From: an uncultured Clostridia bacterium
GTDB lineage: Bacteria; Bacillota; Clostridia; TANB77; CAG-508
Assembly: GCA_947594065.1 (NCBI GenBank)
Contig: CANQDX010000003.1
Span: 499-64,498, forward strand
Direction: 5' to 3'
DNA: 64,000 bases
Shown: positions 43,927-55,045 of the stretch, one piece after another
Layout of the letters: each line of letters begins with the position of its first letter
How positions within the stretch are numbered: the stretch's first letter is position 1
Notes under the pieces: generated by a model
Databases searched by the model: none
Seen by the model: the letters and a program-made list of their open reading frames with translations, nothing else
Told to the model about the DNA's origin: nothing
Program-made: the position numbers and the translations under genes

Positions 43927-44583
43927 ATGGGACAAAAAATGAATCCACACGGGTTAAGAGTAGGTGTTATTAAAGATTGGAATTCAAAATGGTATGCAGA
44001 TTCTAAAAACTTTAGTGATTACTTAGTAGAGGATCATAAAATCCGTGAATATGTTAAGAAAAAATTATTTATTAGCGGTATTTCAAAAATAGAAATTGAA
44101 AGAACTGCAAAATTTGTTAGAGTAAATGTTTACACTGCGAAACCTGGATTAGTAATTGGTAAAGGTGGAACAATTGCTGAAAATTTAAAAAATGAATTAT
44201 CAAAAATGATTAATAAAGAAGTTAATTTGAATATTGTTGAGGTAAAAGATATTGACTTAGATGCACAATTAGTTGCTGAAAATATCGCTTCTCAACTAGA
44301 AAGAAGAATTTCATTTAGAAGAGCAATGAAACAATGTATGCAAAAAACATTAAAAGCTGGAGCATTAGGAATTAAGACTGCAGTATCTGGTAGATTAGGT
44401 GGAGCTGATATGGCAAGAACAGAATTTTACAAAGAAGGTACAATTCCACTTCAAACTTTAAGAGCAGATATTGATTATGGATTTGCAGAAGCAGATACAA
44501 CCTATGGAAAAATAGGTGTAAAAGTATGGATATATAAAGGAGAAGTTCTTCCAACTAAGAAAACAGAAAGGGGAGAAGAATAA
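43927..44583 (+). CDS. rpsC: 30S ribosomal protein S3
   Basis: [24 protein letters not shown]... Confidence 0.97.
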   Translation: MGQKMNPHGLRVGVIKDWNSKWYADSKNFSDYLVEDHKIREYVKKKLFISGISKIEIERTAKFVRVNVYTAKPGLVIGKGGTIAENLKNELSKMINKEVNLNIVEVKDIDLDAQLVAENIASQLERRISFRRAMKQCMQKTLKAGALGIKTAVSGRLGGADMARTEFYKEGTIPLQTLRADIDYGFAEADTTYGKIGVKVWIYKGEVLPTKKTERGEE

Positions 44584-45029
44584 TGCCATTAATGCCAAAA
44601 AGAACAAAATATAGAAAAATGCAAAAAGGTAGAAATAGAGGAAAAGCAACAAGAGGAACAACTGTTACTGATGGTGAATACGGTTTACAAGCAGTAGGTG
44701 CAGGAGCAATTAAATCAAATCAAATTGAAGCTGCCCGTATTGCAATGACACGTTATATAAAAAGAGGTGGTAAAGTTTGGATTAAAATTTTCCCAGACAA
44801 ACCAATCACAAAGAAACCAGCAGAAACTCGTATGGGTAAAGGAAAAGGAGCACCAGAATATTGGGTAGCTTTAGTAAAACCAGGAAGAGTAATGTTCGAG
44901 ATTGCGGGAATTCCTGAAGATGTAGCAAGAGAAGCTATGAGACTTGCTGCAAACAAACTACCAGTTAAATCAAAGTTTGTAGTAAAAGAAACTGAAAGTA
45001 CAGGTGGTGATAATGATGAAGATAAATAA
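44583..45029 (+). CDS. rplP: 50S ribosomal protein L16
   Basis: [20 protein letters not shown]... Confidence 0.96.
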   Translation: MPLMPKRTKYRKMQKGRNRGKATRGTTVTDGEYGLQAVGAGAIKSNQIEAARIAMTRYIKRGGKVWIKIFPDKPITKKPAETRMGKGKGAPEYWVALVKPGRVMFEIAGIPEDVAREAMRLAANKLPVKSKFVVKETESTGGDNDEDK

Positions 45030-45216
45030 AATAAAAGAAATGTCTTCACCAGAGTTAGAAAAAGAATTAAGCGAGCTAAAAAATGAATTATTCAAATTAA
45101 GATTTAGCTTAGCAACAAATGGATTAGATAATCCTATGAAAATTAAAGAAGTGAAAAAAGACATTGCAAGAATTAATACAGTTCTAAGAGAACGTGAATT
45201 AGCTGAAAATAAATAA
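45013..45216 (+). CDS. rpmC: 50S ribosomal protein L29
   Basis: [38 protein letters not shown]. Overlaps the rplP 3' end. Confidence 0.93.
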   Translation: MMKINKIKEMSSPELEKELSELKNELFKLRFSLATNGLDNPMKIKEVKKDIARINTVLRERELAENK

Positions 45217-45249
45217 TTAGATGTTTGAAATAAGGGAGGAAAGCAAATA

Positions 45250-45513
45250 ATGGAAGAAAGAAATCTTCGCAAAGTAATGATCGGAAAAGTTGTATCAGAC
45301 AAAATGGATAAAACAGTTGTAGTAGCTGTTGAAACAAGTGTAAAACATAAAGTGTACAACAAGATTATGAAAAGAACATATAAATTAAAAGCTCACGATG
45401 AAGATAATAAATGTAAAGTAGGAGATACAGTTAAAGTAATGGAAACAAGACCTTTATCTAAGGAAAAAAGATGGAGAGTTGTAGAAATTATGGAAGAAGC
45501 TGTAGTTGAATAA
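45250..45513 (+). CDS. rpsQ: 30S ribosomal protein S17
   Basis: [22 protein letters not shown]...HDE.N.CKVGD.V. Confidence 0.96.
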   Translation: MEERNLRKVMIGKVVSDKMDKTVVVAVETSVKHKVYNKIMKRTYKLKAHDEDNKCKVGDTVKVMETRPLSKEKRWRVVEIMEEAVVE

Positions 45514-45530
45514 AAAAGGAGGAAAACCAA

Positions 45531-45899
45531 ATGGTACAACAACAATCAATATTAAAAGTTGCTGATAACACTGGCGCAAAAGAAATTATGTGCATTAGAT
45601 GTTTAGGTGGATCATATAGAAAATATGCAGAAATAGGAGACGTTATTGTTGCTTCTGTTAAAAGTGCTACACCAGGAGGAGTTGTTGCTAAAGGTGAAGT
45701 AGTAAAAGCAGTTGTTGTAAGAACAAAAAAAGGAGTTAGACGTCCTGACGGATCTTATCTAAAATTTGATGAAAATGCTGCTGTCATTATACGTGATGAT
45801 AAAACACCAAGAGGAACACGTATATTTGGACCAATAGCAAGAGAACTTAGAGATAAAGATTATATGAAAATTATTTCTTTAGCTCCAGAAGTATTATAA
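45531..45899 (+). CDS. rplN: 50S ribosomal protein L14
   Basis: [27 protein letters not shown]. Confidence 0.97.
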   Translation: MVQQQSILKVADNTGAKEIMCIRCLGGSYRKYAEIGDVIVASVKSATPGGVVAKGEVVKAVVVRTKKGVRRPDGSYLKFDENAAVIIRDDKTPRGTRIFGPIARELRDKDYMKIISLAPEVL

Positions 45900-45935
45900 A
45901 AGTACAAAATACAAATTAAGGAGGCGAAAACCTAA

Positions 45936-46244
45936 ATGAAAATAAAAAAAGGTGATACTGTTAAAGTTTTATCAGGAAATGATAAAGGAAAAACAGGCGA
46001 AGTGCTAGAAGTTATACCTAAAACTCAAAAAATTATTGTAAAAGGTGTAAATATTAGAAAAAAACATATTAAACCTAAAAAACAAGGCGAGGAAGGTGGA
46101 ATTATTCCAATAGAATGTGCAATACATAGTGCAAAGGTAAATGTTGTATGTCCTAAATGCAATAAAGCTACAAGAATCGGATATGAAATAGAAAAAGAAC
46201 AAAAGGTTCGCGTTTGTAAAAAATGTGGAGCTAAATTAAAGTAG
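45936..46244 (+). CDS. rplX: 50S ribosomal protein L24
   Basis: [26 protein letters not shown] (KOW motif). Confidence 0.95.
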   Translation: MKIKKGDTVKVLSGNDKGKTGEVLEVIPKTQKIIVKGVNIRKKHIKPKKQGEEGGIIPIECAIHSAKVNVVCPKCNKATRIGYEIEKEQKVRVCKKCGAKLK

Positions 46245-46269
46245 ATTTCAGGAAAGGAGAAAATTTATA

Positions 46270-46809
46270 ATGGAAAAGTTAAAAGAACAATATCAAAAAG
46301 AAGTTGTTCCAGCTTTAATGAAAAAGTTTAACTACAAATCTGTTATGGAAGTTCCAAAGCTAGAAAAAATAGTTATAAATGTTGGATTAGGAGATATAAG
46401 AGAAAATCCAAAATCTCTAGAAAATACAATGAATGATTTAGGGATTATAACAGGTCAAAAACCAGTTGTAACAAAAGCTAGAAAATCAATTGCAGCTTTT
46501 AAAATAAGAGAAGGTGCAAATATTGGATGCAAAGTAACCTTAAGAAGTGAAAAAATGTATGCATTTGCATATAAATTATTTACAGTTGCATTACCAAGAG
46601 TAAGAGATTTCAGAGGAGTATCTGCAAACTCATTTGATGGTAGAGGAAACTATTCTATGGGTATAAAAGAACAATTAATATTCCCAGAAATAGAATATGA
46701 TAAGGTAGATAAATTAAGAGGAATGGATATTATATTTGTAACAACTGCAAAAACAGATGAAGAAGCAAAAGAACTATTGGAATTACTTGGTATGCCATTC
46801 AAAAATTAA
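46270..46809 (+). CDS. rplE: 50S ribosomal protein L5
   Basis: [38 protein letters not shown]. Confidence 0.97.
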   Translation: MEKLKEQYQKEVVPALMKKFNYKSVMEVPKLEKIVINVGLGDIRENPKSLENTMNDLGIITGQKPVVTKARKSIAAFKIREGANIGCKVTLRSEKMYAFAYKLFTVALPRVRDFRGVSANSFDGRGNYSMGIKEQLIFPEIEYDKVDKLRGMDIIFVTTAKTDEEAKELLELLGMPFKN

Positions 46810-46874
46810 TTTTAATATAATTGTAAAATTAAAAAAGTTTTTATTGATTTTTAAAGAAAGGAGAATAAAACCTA

Positions 46875-47060
46875 ATGGCAAAAAAATCTTTAAAGGTTAA
46901 ACAACAAAAAGAACAAAAATATAAAACAAGGGAATATAATAGATGCAAAATTTGTGGTAGACCACACGCATATATTAGAAAATATGGAATCTGCCGTGTG
47001 TGCTTTAGAGAATTAGCACATAAGGGGGAAATACCAGGAGTTAAGAAGGCTAGCTGGTAG
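46875..47060 (+). CDS. rpsN: 30S ribosomal protein S14 type Z (zinc-binding, 61 aa)
   Basis: [38 protein letters not shown] (CxxC...CxxC). Confidence 0.96.
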   Translation: MAKKSLKVKQQKEQKYKTREYNRCKICGRPHAYIRKYGICRVCFRELAHKGEIPGVKKASW

Positions 47061-47119
47061 AAAACAAATTTTAAGCGGCGTCTTAATGATAAAATTTAAG
47101 AAAAGGAGGAAGAAAATAT

Positions 47120-47518
47120 ATGAATATAACAGATCCTATAGCAGATATGCTAACAAGAATTAGAAATGCAAGTAGATCAAAGCATAAAATAGTAGATATA
47201 CCTGCATCCAATATAAAGAAATCAATAGCTGATATATTGTTTAAAGAAGGATATATAAAGGCTTATGAAGAGATTTCAAACGAAACACAAGGTATTATTA
47301 GAATAACCTTAAGATATGATGAAAAAGGCCATAAAGTAATATCTGGATTAAAGAGAATTAGTAAACCAGGATTAAGAGTTTATGCAGCTAAAGACGAATT
47401 ACCAAGAGTTTTAAATGGTTTAGGTATTGCTTTAATTTCTACATCAAAAGGAATTGTAACAGATAAACAAGCAAGAGAACTAGGTGTAGGTGGAGAGGTC
47501 CTAGCTTATATATGGTAA
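47120..47518 (+). CDS. rpsH: 30S ribosomal protein S8
   Basis: [17 protein letters not shown]... Confidence 0.97.
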   Translation: MNITDPIADMLTRIRNASRSKHKIVDIPASNIKKSIADILFKEGYIKAYEEISNETQGIIRITLRYDEKGHKVISGLKRISKPGLRVYAAKDELPRVLNGLGIALISTSKGIVTDKQARELGVGGEVLAYIW

Positions 47519-47612
47519 AAGAAAAATAAGATGTGAGAAATTTTTTAAAAAATATCACGCATCTAATCTCACATAACAAAAAGAAAATAATAAATTAAAG
47601 AGGTGAAAGAAA

Positions 47613-48152
47613 ATGTCAAGAATAGGAAATAAACCTATTACTATACCAGAAGGTGTAGAGGTAACAGTTGCAGACAAATTAGTTACAGTAAAAGGTCCAA
47701 AGGGTACATTAAGTAAAGAAATTCATAAAAATATGAACGTTACAGTAGATGGCAATGTTATTAAAATCTCTAGACCAGATGATGAACCAGCAAATAAAAG
47801 TCTACACGGCTTAACAAGAACATTAATCAATAATATGATTTTAGGTGTAAAAGAAGAATTTAAAAAAGAATTAGAAATTAATGGTGTTGGATATAGAGCT
47901 CAAAAACAAGGAACAAAGCTTGTTATGAACTTAGGATATTCACATCCAGTAGAAATGGCTGCTCCAGAAGGAATAACTTTTGACGTGCCAAATCCAAACC
48001 AAATCATTGTAAGAGGAATTGATAAAGAGTTGGTAGGTCAAACTGCAGCTGTTGTAAGAACAAAAAGACCACCTGAAGTGTATAGAGGAAAAGGTATTAA
48101 GTACGTTGATGAGGTTATTAGGCGTAAAGAGGGTAAAGCTGGTAAAAAATAA
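47613..48152 (+). CDS. rplF: 50S ribosomal protein L6
   Basis: MSRIGNKPITIPEGVEV...GVGYRA. Confidence 0.97.
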   Translation: MSRIGNKPITIPEGVEVTVADKLVTVKGPKGTLSKEIHKNMNVTVDGNVIKISRPDDEPANKSLHGLTRTLINNMILGVKEEFKKELEINGVGYRAQKQGTKLVMNLGYSHPVEMAAPEGITFDVPNPNQIIVRGIDKELVGQTAAVVRTKRPPEVYRGKGIKYVDEVIRRKEGKAGKK

Positions 48153-48166
48153 AATGTAAACAAATG

Positions 48167-48271
48167 AAAAGCGGCATCTTGCGTCGTTAAACTTCAAATT
48201 TAATTTAATCAACGTGCAAAAAGCACGCCTCATAAATTAAATTTTCGTTTGCCTAGCAATATACCACTTTT
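48167..48271 (+). repeat. Structured intergenic element, copy 2 (rplF-rplR spacer)
   Basis: AAAAGCGG..CCACTTTT closing stem; 11-12-bp AT stem 48196-48207/48233-48244; internal loop AUCAA/CCUCA; stem CGTGC/GCACG. Homologous to 41965-42064. Confidence 0.6.
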
Positions 48272-48327
48272 GCTTTGTTTAATAATTTAGAAAGAATGAA
48301 AGATTTGTAAGGAAGGGAGAGAGAATA

Positions 48328-48687
48328 ATGATTTCTAAAATTGATAGGAAAGCTACAAGAAAAATTAGACATTTACGTGTTCGTAGAAAAATAAACGGAA
48401 CAGCTGAATGTCCAAGATTATGTGTTTATAGAAGTAATAGCAATCTTTATGCACAAATTGTTGATGATGTAGCAGGAAATACAATAGTAAGTGCATCAAC
48501 TTTAGATAAAGATATAAAAACTAAAAAAGCCAATAAAGAAGCTGCTAAAGAAGTTGGAAATTTAATAGCAAAAAAAGCTATTGAGAAGAAAATAAAAACT
48601 GTCGTTTTTGACAGAGGCGGATATATTTATCACGGCATTGTAAAAGAATTAGCAGAAGCTGCAAGAGAAGGTGGCTTAGAATTCTAA
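48328..48687 (+). CDS. rplR: 50S ribosomal protein L18
   Basis: [34 protein letters not shown]...[10 protein letters not shown]. Confidence 0.97.
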   Translation: MISKIDRKATRKIRHLRVRRKINGTAECPRLCVYRSNSNLYAQIVDDVAGNTIVSASTLDKDIKTKKANKEAAKEVGNLIAKKAIEKKIKTVVFDRGGYIYHGIVKELAEAAREGGLEF

Positions 48688-48798
48688 TCTAAAAAGTCAT
48701 TTAAAGTTTACAGGGAAAGTTTATTAACCCTTGAAAGATGACTAAAAAGGGAAAGTATGTCCCTTACATTAATTAGAAAAGGAGGAAACTTAAAACTG

Positions 48799-49287
48799 AT
48801 GGAAGAAAATACAGTTGAATTGAAAGAAAAAGTTGTTGCAATTAATAGAGTTGCTAAAGTTGTTAAAGGTGGTAGAACATTTAGATTTAGTGCAGTTGTT
48901 GTAGTTGGCGATGAAAATGGACACGTTGGCGTAGGAAATGGTAAAGCTGCAGAGGTTCCAGATGCCATAAAGAAAGCAATAGAGGATGCTAAGAAAAACT
49001 TAGTTGAAGTTCCTATTGTTGGAACAACAATACCTCACGAACTTGTGGGACAATTTGGAAGTGCTAATGTTCTTTTAAAACCTGCAGCAGAAGGTACAGG
49101 AATTATTGCTGGAGGTAGCGTAAGACCAGTAATTGAACTTGCAGGTTACAAAAATATTAGAACAAAAGTTATTGGAACAAATAATCCAAGAAATGTCGTT
49201 TATGCGACAATTAATGGTCTTTCTAATATGAGAACAGTAGAACAAATAGCTGCAAAAAGAGGAAAAAAATCTAGCGAAATATTATAA
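48799..49287 (+). CDS. rpsE: 30S ribosomal protein S5
   Basis: [42 protein letters not shown] 48799 follows AAGGAGG. Confidence 0.96.
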   Translation: MEENTVELKEKVVAINRVAKVVKGGRTFRFSAVVVVGDENGHVGVGNGKAAEVPDAIKKAIEDAKKNLVEVPIVGTTIPHELVGQFGSANVLLKPAAEGTGIIAGGSVRPVIELAGYKNIRTKVIGTNNPRNVVYATINGLSNMRTVEQIAAKRGKKSSEIL

Positions 49288-49308
49288 TAATAGAAGGAGG
49301 TGCATCAA

Positions 49309-49743
49309 ATGCAATTAGGTGAAGTTAAAAGACCTACAGAAAAGGTAGAAAGAAAAAGAGTTGGTCGTGGAATTGGTTCAGGTCTTGGAAAAACCTCTGG
49401 AAGAGGACACAAAGGTCAAAAAGCAAGAAGCGGCGGAGGAGTAAGACGTGGATTTGAAGGTGGTCAAACACCATTATATAGAAGATTACCTAAAAGAGGA
49501 TTTACAAATATTCACGCTAAAAATTATACAGAAGTAACTTTAAGTATGCTTAATAAATCTCAAGCAACAGAGGTTACTGCCGAAAGTTTAATAGCTGAAG
49601 GAATTATTGATAAGAAAAATGAAGGAATCGTTGTTTTAGGCACTGGAAATTTAGAGAAAAAATTAACAGTTAAAGCAAAAAGATTTACAAAATCTGCCTC
49701 AGAAAAAATAGAAGCTGTTGGTGGAAAGATAGAGGTGATTTAA
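49309..49743 (+). CDS. rplO: 50S ribosomal protein L15
   Basis: [28 protein letters not shown] 49309 follows GGAGGTG. Confidence 0.96.
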   Translation: MQLGEVKRPTEKVERKRVGRGIGSGLGKTSGRGHKGQKARSGGGVRRGFEGGQTPLYRRLPKRGFTNIHAKNYTEVTLSMLNKSQATEVTAESLIAEGIIDKKNEGIVVLGTGNLEKKLTVKAKRFTKSASEKIEAVGGKIEVI

Positions 49744-51066
49744 TTGTTTAAAACATTAAAAAATGCAATCAAAACACCAGATGTAAGAAAAAGATTATTA
49801 TACACACTACTATTAATTGTAATATTCAGACTAGGATGTTTTATAACAGTACCAGGGGTAAATGCAGTTACCTTAAATCAAATAATGAGTCAATCTACAA
49901 ATGGTTTAAGTAGTTTAATCGACTTAATATCAGGTGGAGCTTTCTCAAGACTTTCATTATTTGCAATGAGTATAAATCCTTATATTACCGCATCTATTGT
50001 TATTCAATTGTTAGCAATGGTTATACCTGCTTTAGAAAGAATGGCAAAAGAAGGTGGAGAAGAAGGAAGAAACAAAATGAATGGTTATACGAAAATTCTT
50101 ACAATTGTCCTTGCAATTGTAGAAGCAATTGGAGTTTACTTTACATATAGAAGTTCAGGAATTTTCGTAGATACAGGATTCTTAACAGGATTTGTATTTA
50201 TTTTGTCTTTAGTTACAGGAACTGCAATTTTAATGTGGCTTGGTGAACAAATAACAGCAAAGGGAGTTGGAAATGGAATTTCTATGATTATCTTTGTTGG
50301 AATTATATCAGGATTACCAACCGCTGTAACCACGCTATATGGATTAATAGCAACAAGCGCAGGATTTTCAACAACAGGATTATTACTAGCATTAGGTATT
50401 ATCATTGGTGCAATTATTCTAATTGCAGGAGTTGTATTTGTAACAGAAGCAGAAAGAAGAGTACCAGTTCAATATGCTAAAAAAGTTGTTGGAAGAAAAA
50501 TGTATGGAGGGCAAAATACACACATACCAATTAAATTGGTAATGGCAGGTGTAATGCCAGTTATCTTTGCATCATCATTTATGACATTTCCAATGATGAT
50601 AATTCCATTATTCAATCCAAACATAGCAACAGCTACAGGATTTTGGGCAGGAGTATATAAATTCTCTCTTGCAACATCATCAACTGCTGTACCAGTGGGA
50701 TACACAATCGCAAATGCAATTGTATACTTATTGTTAATTATAGGATTCACATTCTTCTATACTTATGCAACATTCAATCCAGCAGAAGTATCAAGTAATA
50801 TTAAAAAGAATGGTGGATTTATTCCAGGCATTAGAGCTGGAAAACCAACAACAGATTATTTATCATCTATAATGAGAAAATTAATTTGGTTTGGTGGACT
50901 ATTCTTAGCAATTATTGCAATTATTCCAATGTTACTAAGATTTACAAACTTAAACTTCTCATTTGGAGGTACTACTATTTTAATCGTAGTAGGTGTTGCA
51001 CTAGAAACAGTTCAACAATTAGAATCTCAATTAGTAATGAGACACTACAAAGGTTTCTTAGAATAG
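49744..51066 (+). CDS. secY: Preprotein translocase subunit SecY (TTG start)
   Basis: 10-TM protein, ...RLLYTLLLIVIFRLG..I.VPGV...GISMIIFVGI... Confidence 0.96.
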   Translation: MFKTLKNAIKTPDVRKRLLYTLLLIVIFRLGCFITVPGVNAVTLNQIMSQSTNGLSSLIDLISGGAFSRLSLFAMSINPYITASIVIQLLAMVIPALERMAKEGGEEGRNKMNGYTKILTIVLAIVEAIGVYFTYRSSGIFVDTGFLTGFVFILSLVTGTAILMWLGEQITAKGVGNGISMIIFVGIISGLPTAVTTLYGLIATSAGFSTTGLLLALGIIIGAIILIAGVVFVTEAERRVPVQYAKKVVGRKMYGGQNTHIPIKLVMAGVMPVIFASSFMTFPMMIIPLFNPNIATATGFWAGVYKFSLATSSTAVPVGYTIANAIVYLLLIIGFTFFYTYATFNPAEVSSNIKKNGGFIPGIRAGKPTTDYLSSIMRKLIWFGGLFLAIIAIIPMLLRFTNLNFSFGGTTILIVVGVALETVQQLESQLVMRHYKGFLE

Positions 51067-51260
51067 AGATTAGGCGAGAAAATTACTCTCGCCTAAATGT
51101 ATTTAAAATTTTGTGTTTGGTATAACCACTACCAAACACAAAATATAATATTTATAAATATTGTAATTAAAGTGGTATTAGGTGCAATATTTATAAGTGT
51201 TATATGAAATTTGAAATACCAAATTTTAAACACAAAAATACAAAAAAGGAGAGAAAAAAT

Positions 51261-51923
51261 ATGATATTACTTATGTTAGGTGCTCAAGGTACAGGAAAAG
51301 GAACTGTTGCAGGAATATTAAGTCAAAAAACAGGATGGCCACAAATATCAACAGGAGATATTTTTAGAAAAAATATTTCAGAAAAAACAGAACTTGGAAT
51401 CGAAGCAAATAAATATATAGCTGCTGGAAATTTAGTTCCAGATGAAATCACTGTTCCTATGGTAAAAGCCAGATTACAAGAAGCAGACGCTAAAGAGGGA
51501 GCTATTTTAGATGGATTCCCTAGAACAATTGCACAAGCTGAAAAATTAGATGAAATTTTAGCAGAAAGCAATAGAAAGGTAGACTTGGTTATTAACCTTA
51601 CAACACCAAGAGATGAAATCATTACAAGAATACTAAACAGAAGAGTATGTTCAAATCAAGACTGTAAAGCAACATACAATCTAACAATGCATCCTTCAAA
51701 AGTAGAAGGAATATGCGACAAATGTGGTGCTAAATTAGTACAAAGAGAAGACGATTCAAATAGAGAATCAATTGAAAGAAGATTAGCTATTTATGATGAA
51801 AAAACAAAACCATTAGTAGATTATTATAGCGCAAAAGGAATAGTAACTAACCAAGAAGTAAGTGAAAGAATAAATAGATTAGGTAAAGACGTTGCAGAAG
51901 ACGTTTATAAAATGATAGTATAA
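51261..51923 (+). CDS. adk: Adenylate kinase (zinc-lid type)
   Basis: MILLMLGAQGTGKGT...DGFPRT..QA...CSNQDCKATYN...CDKCGAKLVQREDD. ATG 51261 follows AAGGAGAG. Confidence 0.95.
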   Translation: MILLMLGAQGTGKGTVAGILSQKTGWPQISTGDIFRKNISEKTELGIEANKYIAAGNLVPDEITVPMVKARLQEADAKEGAILDGFPRTIAQAEKLDEILAESNRKVDLVINLTTPRDEIITRILNRRVCSNQDCKATYNLTMHPSKVEGICDKCGAKLVQREDDSNRESIERRLAIYDEKTKPLVDYYSAKGIVTNQEVSERINRLGKDVAEDVYKMIV

Positions 51924-51987
51924 TGGGGACGTTCCTAAAAAGGGTCATTTGACCCATTGAGGGACACTCCTTAAGAAAGAAGAAAAA

Positions 51988-52758
51988 ATGATAGATATTA
52001 AATCAAAAAGAGAAATAGAATTAATGCGTGAATCTTGTAGAGTAACCGCATTAGTACATAAAGCAATAGAAGAAGCTATTAAGCCTGGAATATCTACATT
52101 AGAATTAGATAGAATAGCAGAAAGAGTAATAAGAGAAAATGGAGGAATACCTGCACAAAAGGGTTATCCTGGTCCAGATAAATATACTCCAGATTTTCCA
52201 GCTTCAATCTGTGCTTCTGTAAATGATGAAATTATTCACGGAATACCATCTAGTAGAGTCATTTTAAAAGAAGGAGACGTAATAAGTATAGACTTAGTTG
52301 TTTATAAAAATGGATTCAATGGTGATGCAGCAAGAACATATATAGTTGGAAAAGGTTCTAAAGAAGATGAAAGATTGTTGCAAATTACAAAACAAGCTTT
52401 TTTTGAGGGAATACAATTTGCTAAAAAAGGTTACAGAATAGGAGATATTTCACACGCAATTGGCGAATTTGTAGAAAAAAATGGATTTAGTGTAGTTAAA
52501 GAATTTCAAGGACACGGAATAGGAAAAAATATGCACGAGGATCCAGGAATTCCAAACTATGGTAAAGCAGGAAAAGGGCCAAGACTAGAACCAGGAATGA
52601 CACTAGCTATAGAGCCAATGGTTATTGCCGGAAAAGAAAACATAATAGAATTAGATGATGGATGGACAATTGTAACAGAAGATGGTAGCAATTCTGCACA
52701 TTATGAAAATACAATTTTAATTACAGAAAAAGACCCAGAAGTATTGACAATATTATAG
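51988..52758 (+). CDS. map: Type I methionine aminopeptidase
   Basis: ICASVNDEIIHGIPS...ISIDLVV..NGFNGDAARTY...GHGIG..MHE...LAIEPM. Confidence 0.95.
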   Translation: MIDIKSKREIELMRESCRVTALVHKAIEEAIKPGISTLELDRIAERVIRENGGIPAQKGYPGPDKYTPDFPASICASVNDEIIHGIPSSRVILKEGDVISIDLVVYKNGFNGDAARTYIVGKGSKEDERLLQITKQAFFEGIQFAKKGYRIGDISHAIGEFVEKNGFSVVKEFQGHGIGKNMHEDPGIPNYGKAGKGPRLEPGMTLAIEPMVIAGKENIIELDDGWTIVTEDGSNSAHYENTILITEKDPEVLTIL

Positions 52759-52834
52759 AATTATTATATAATATATGAGTTAATTGCGTTATTATGCCAT
52801 TTTGCATATAAAATGCAATTATAGGAGGTAAAAA

Positions 52835-53053
52835 TTGAGTAAAGAAGATGTTATAGAAGTAGAAGGCACAGTTGTTGAAACATTACCTAATACTAATTTT
52901 AAAGTAGAATTAGAAAATGGACATCAAATACTAGCTCACATTTCTGGAAAACTTAGAATGAATTACATTAAAATTCTACCAGGAGATAAGGTAAAAGTAG
53001 AACTTTCTCCTTATGATTTAAGTCGTGGGCGTATTACTTGGCGCGCTAAATAA
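52835..53053 (+). CDS. infA: Translation initiation factor IF-1 (TTG start)
   Basis: [63 protein letters not shown]. Confidence 0.96.
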   Translation: MSKEDVIEVEGTVVETLPNTNFKVELENGHQILAHISGKLRMNYIKILPGDKVKVELSPYDLSRGRITWRAK

Positions 53054-53091
53054 AAACTAAATAACAAATAAATTAAGAAGAGGTGAAGAAA

Positions 53092-53205
53092 ATGAAAGTA
53101 AGACCATCTGTAAAGAAAATATGCGATAAATGCAAAATAATCAAAAGAAAAGGAGTAACAAGAGTTATTTGCGAAAATCCTAAACATAAACAAAGACAAG
53201 GATAA
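53092..53205 (+). CDS. rpmJ: 50S ribosomal protein L36 (not in the ORF track; found by reading the sequence)
   Basis: ATG 53092 after GAGGTG. Translates [37 protein letters not shown], stop TAA 53203-53205. Confidence 0.95.
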   Translation: MKVRPSVKKICDKCKIIKRKGVTRVICENPKHKQRQG

Positions 53206-53396
53206 TTAATTAGTTAATAACACAAATTAGGTAGCGGCTGTGAAACCATTATTTTGGGTTTACATATCATATTTGTGTTTTTATATATGTTTATCTATTA
53301 TTAAAAACTATTTATTTAAAAACAATCCAAATAAATACATTTCATTTTAAGAATAGATAATCAATTTAAATTTAAAATGCGGAGGTGCAAAATAAT

Positions 53397-53774
53397 ATGG
53401 CTCGTATAGCAGGAGTAGATTTGCCTAGAGAAAAAAGAGTAGAAATAGGACTAACATACATCTATGGAATAGGAGTATCAAGTTCTAACAAAATACTTAA
53501 AAAAGCTGGAATTAATCCAGATACTAGAGTAAAAGACTTAACAGACGATCAAGTTAATAGCATTAGAAAAGTTTTAGATGATGACGAATATAAATTAGAA
53601 GGTGACTTAAGAAGAGAAGTTGCTCTTAATATTAAAAGATTAACTGAAATTGGATGTTATAGAGGATTAAGACATAGAAAAGGACTACCTGTAAGAGGAC
53701 AAAGAACAAAGACAAATGCTCGTACAAGAAAAGGTCCAAGAAAATTAGTTAGCAGAGTAAAAGCTGACAAATAA
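53397..53774 (+). CDS. rpsM: 30S ribosomal protein S13
   Basis: [26 protein letters not shown]. Confidence 0.97.
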   Translation: MARIAGVDLPREKRVEIGLTYIYGIGVSSSNKILKKAGINPDTRVKDLTDDQVNSIRKVLDDDEYKLEGDLRREVALNIKRLTEIGCYRGLRHRKGLPVRGQRTKTNARTRKGPRKLVSRVKADK

Positions 53775-53843
53775 GACAAATAAAAATATCGTTTTTACTT
53801 TGTTTCAAAGTGAAAATTATAAAATTAAGGAGGGTAAAACCAA

Positions 53844-54239
53844 ATGGCTAAAACAATAACAACAAAGAAAACACCTAGAAGAAATAGAAAAAACATAGAT
53901 AAAGGTGCAGCTCATATTCATTCAAGTTTTAACAATACTATTGTTTCAATAACAGATGTTAACGGAAATGTAATATCTTGGGCTAGCGCTGGAGAATTAG
54001 GATTTAAAGGCTCAAGAAAAAGTACACCATTTGCTGCTGGAGAAGCTGCAGAAACAGCTGCAAAAGCTGCAATGGAACACGGATTAAAAACTGTTGAAGT
54101 AATAGTAAAAGGACCAGGTTCTGGTCGTGAAGCAGCAATTAGATCACTTCAAACAGCAGGTCTAGAAATTAGTGCAATTAAAGACGTAACACCTATACCT
54201 CATAATGGTTGTAGACCACCAAAAAGAAGAAGAGTATAG
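53844..54239 (+). CDS. rpsK: 30S ribosomal protein S11
   Basis: [28 protein letters not shown]...[18 protein letters not shown]. Confidence 0.97.
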   Translation: MAKTITTKKTPRRNRKNIDKGAAHIHSSFNNTIVSITDVNGNVISWASAGELGFKGSRKSTPFAAGEAAETAAKAAMEHGLKTVEVIVKGPGSGREAAIRSLQTAGLEISAIKDVTPIPHNGCRPPKRRRV

Positions 54240-54271
54240 TTAGTAGAGATTATAAAAAGGAGGAAAGCTAA

Positions 54272-54898
54272 ATGGCAAGATACAAAGATGAACAATGTCG
54301 AATTTGCCGTAGAGAAGGACAAAAATTGTTCTTAAAAGGTTCAAGATGTTTTTCAGATAAATGTAGTGTTTCTAGAAGAAATTATGCACCAGGACAACAC
54401 GGTCAAAAGAAAGCTAAACTTTCTGAATACGGAACACAGTTAAGAGAAAAACAAAAAACAAAAGCATTCTATGGAGTTGGAGAAAGACAATTTAGAAAAT
54501 ATTTTGAAATGGCTTCTAATAAAAAAGGAATTACTGGTGAAAACTTATTACAAATATTAGAAAGCAGATTAGATAATGTAGTTTATAAACTAGGATATGG
54601 AAGTTCAAGAGCACAAGCAAGACAGCTTGTAAACCACGGACTTTTCGATGTAAATGGTAAAAAAGTAGATATAGTTTCTTATCTAGTTAAGCCTGGAGAT
54701 GTAGTTTCTGTTAGAGAAAACAAGAAAGATGCAGAAATTATAAAACAAAATGTAGAAGCAAATGCTGCAAGACCAGTTCCAGCTTGGCTTGAAAAAGACG
54801 CAGAAAATTTAAGCGGAAAAGTAGTAAGACTAGCAACAAGAGAAGAAGTAGATTTAGCAGTTGAAGAACATTTAATAGTAGAGCTTTATTCTAAATAG
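54272..54898 (+). CDS. rpsD: 30S ribosomal protein S4
   Basis: [23 protein letters not shown]...[12 protein letters not shown]...R.QARQLV.HG. Confidence 0.97.
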   Translation: MARYKDEQCRICRREGQKLFLKGSRCFSDKCSVSRRNYAPGQHGQKKAKLSEYGTQLREKQKTKAFYGVGERQFRKYFEMASNKKGITGENLLQILESRLDNVVYKLGYGSSRAQARQLVNHGLFDVNGKKVDIVSYLVKPGDVVSVRENKKDAEIIKQNVEANAARPVPAWLEKDAENLSGKVVRLATREEVDLAVEEHLIVELYSK

Positions 54899-55045
54899 GA
54901 GTTAGAATTTGGAACTTCTAAAACATCAAAAATAATAGTTCCAAAATATATCTTAATGAATTAATACAAAGATATGAAAGTTAGAAGTTAGAGGTTAGAA
55001 ATGTCAATCATCTAGCATCGAACTTCAAAGTATTAGGAGGTAAAA

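Noticed and set aside
50886-51125. 79-aa plus-strand ORF overlapping the secY 3' end.
   Set aside because: It is an alternative frame of secY running into the hairpin spacer, with no RBS and no similarity to anything recognisable.
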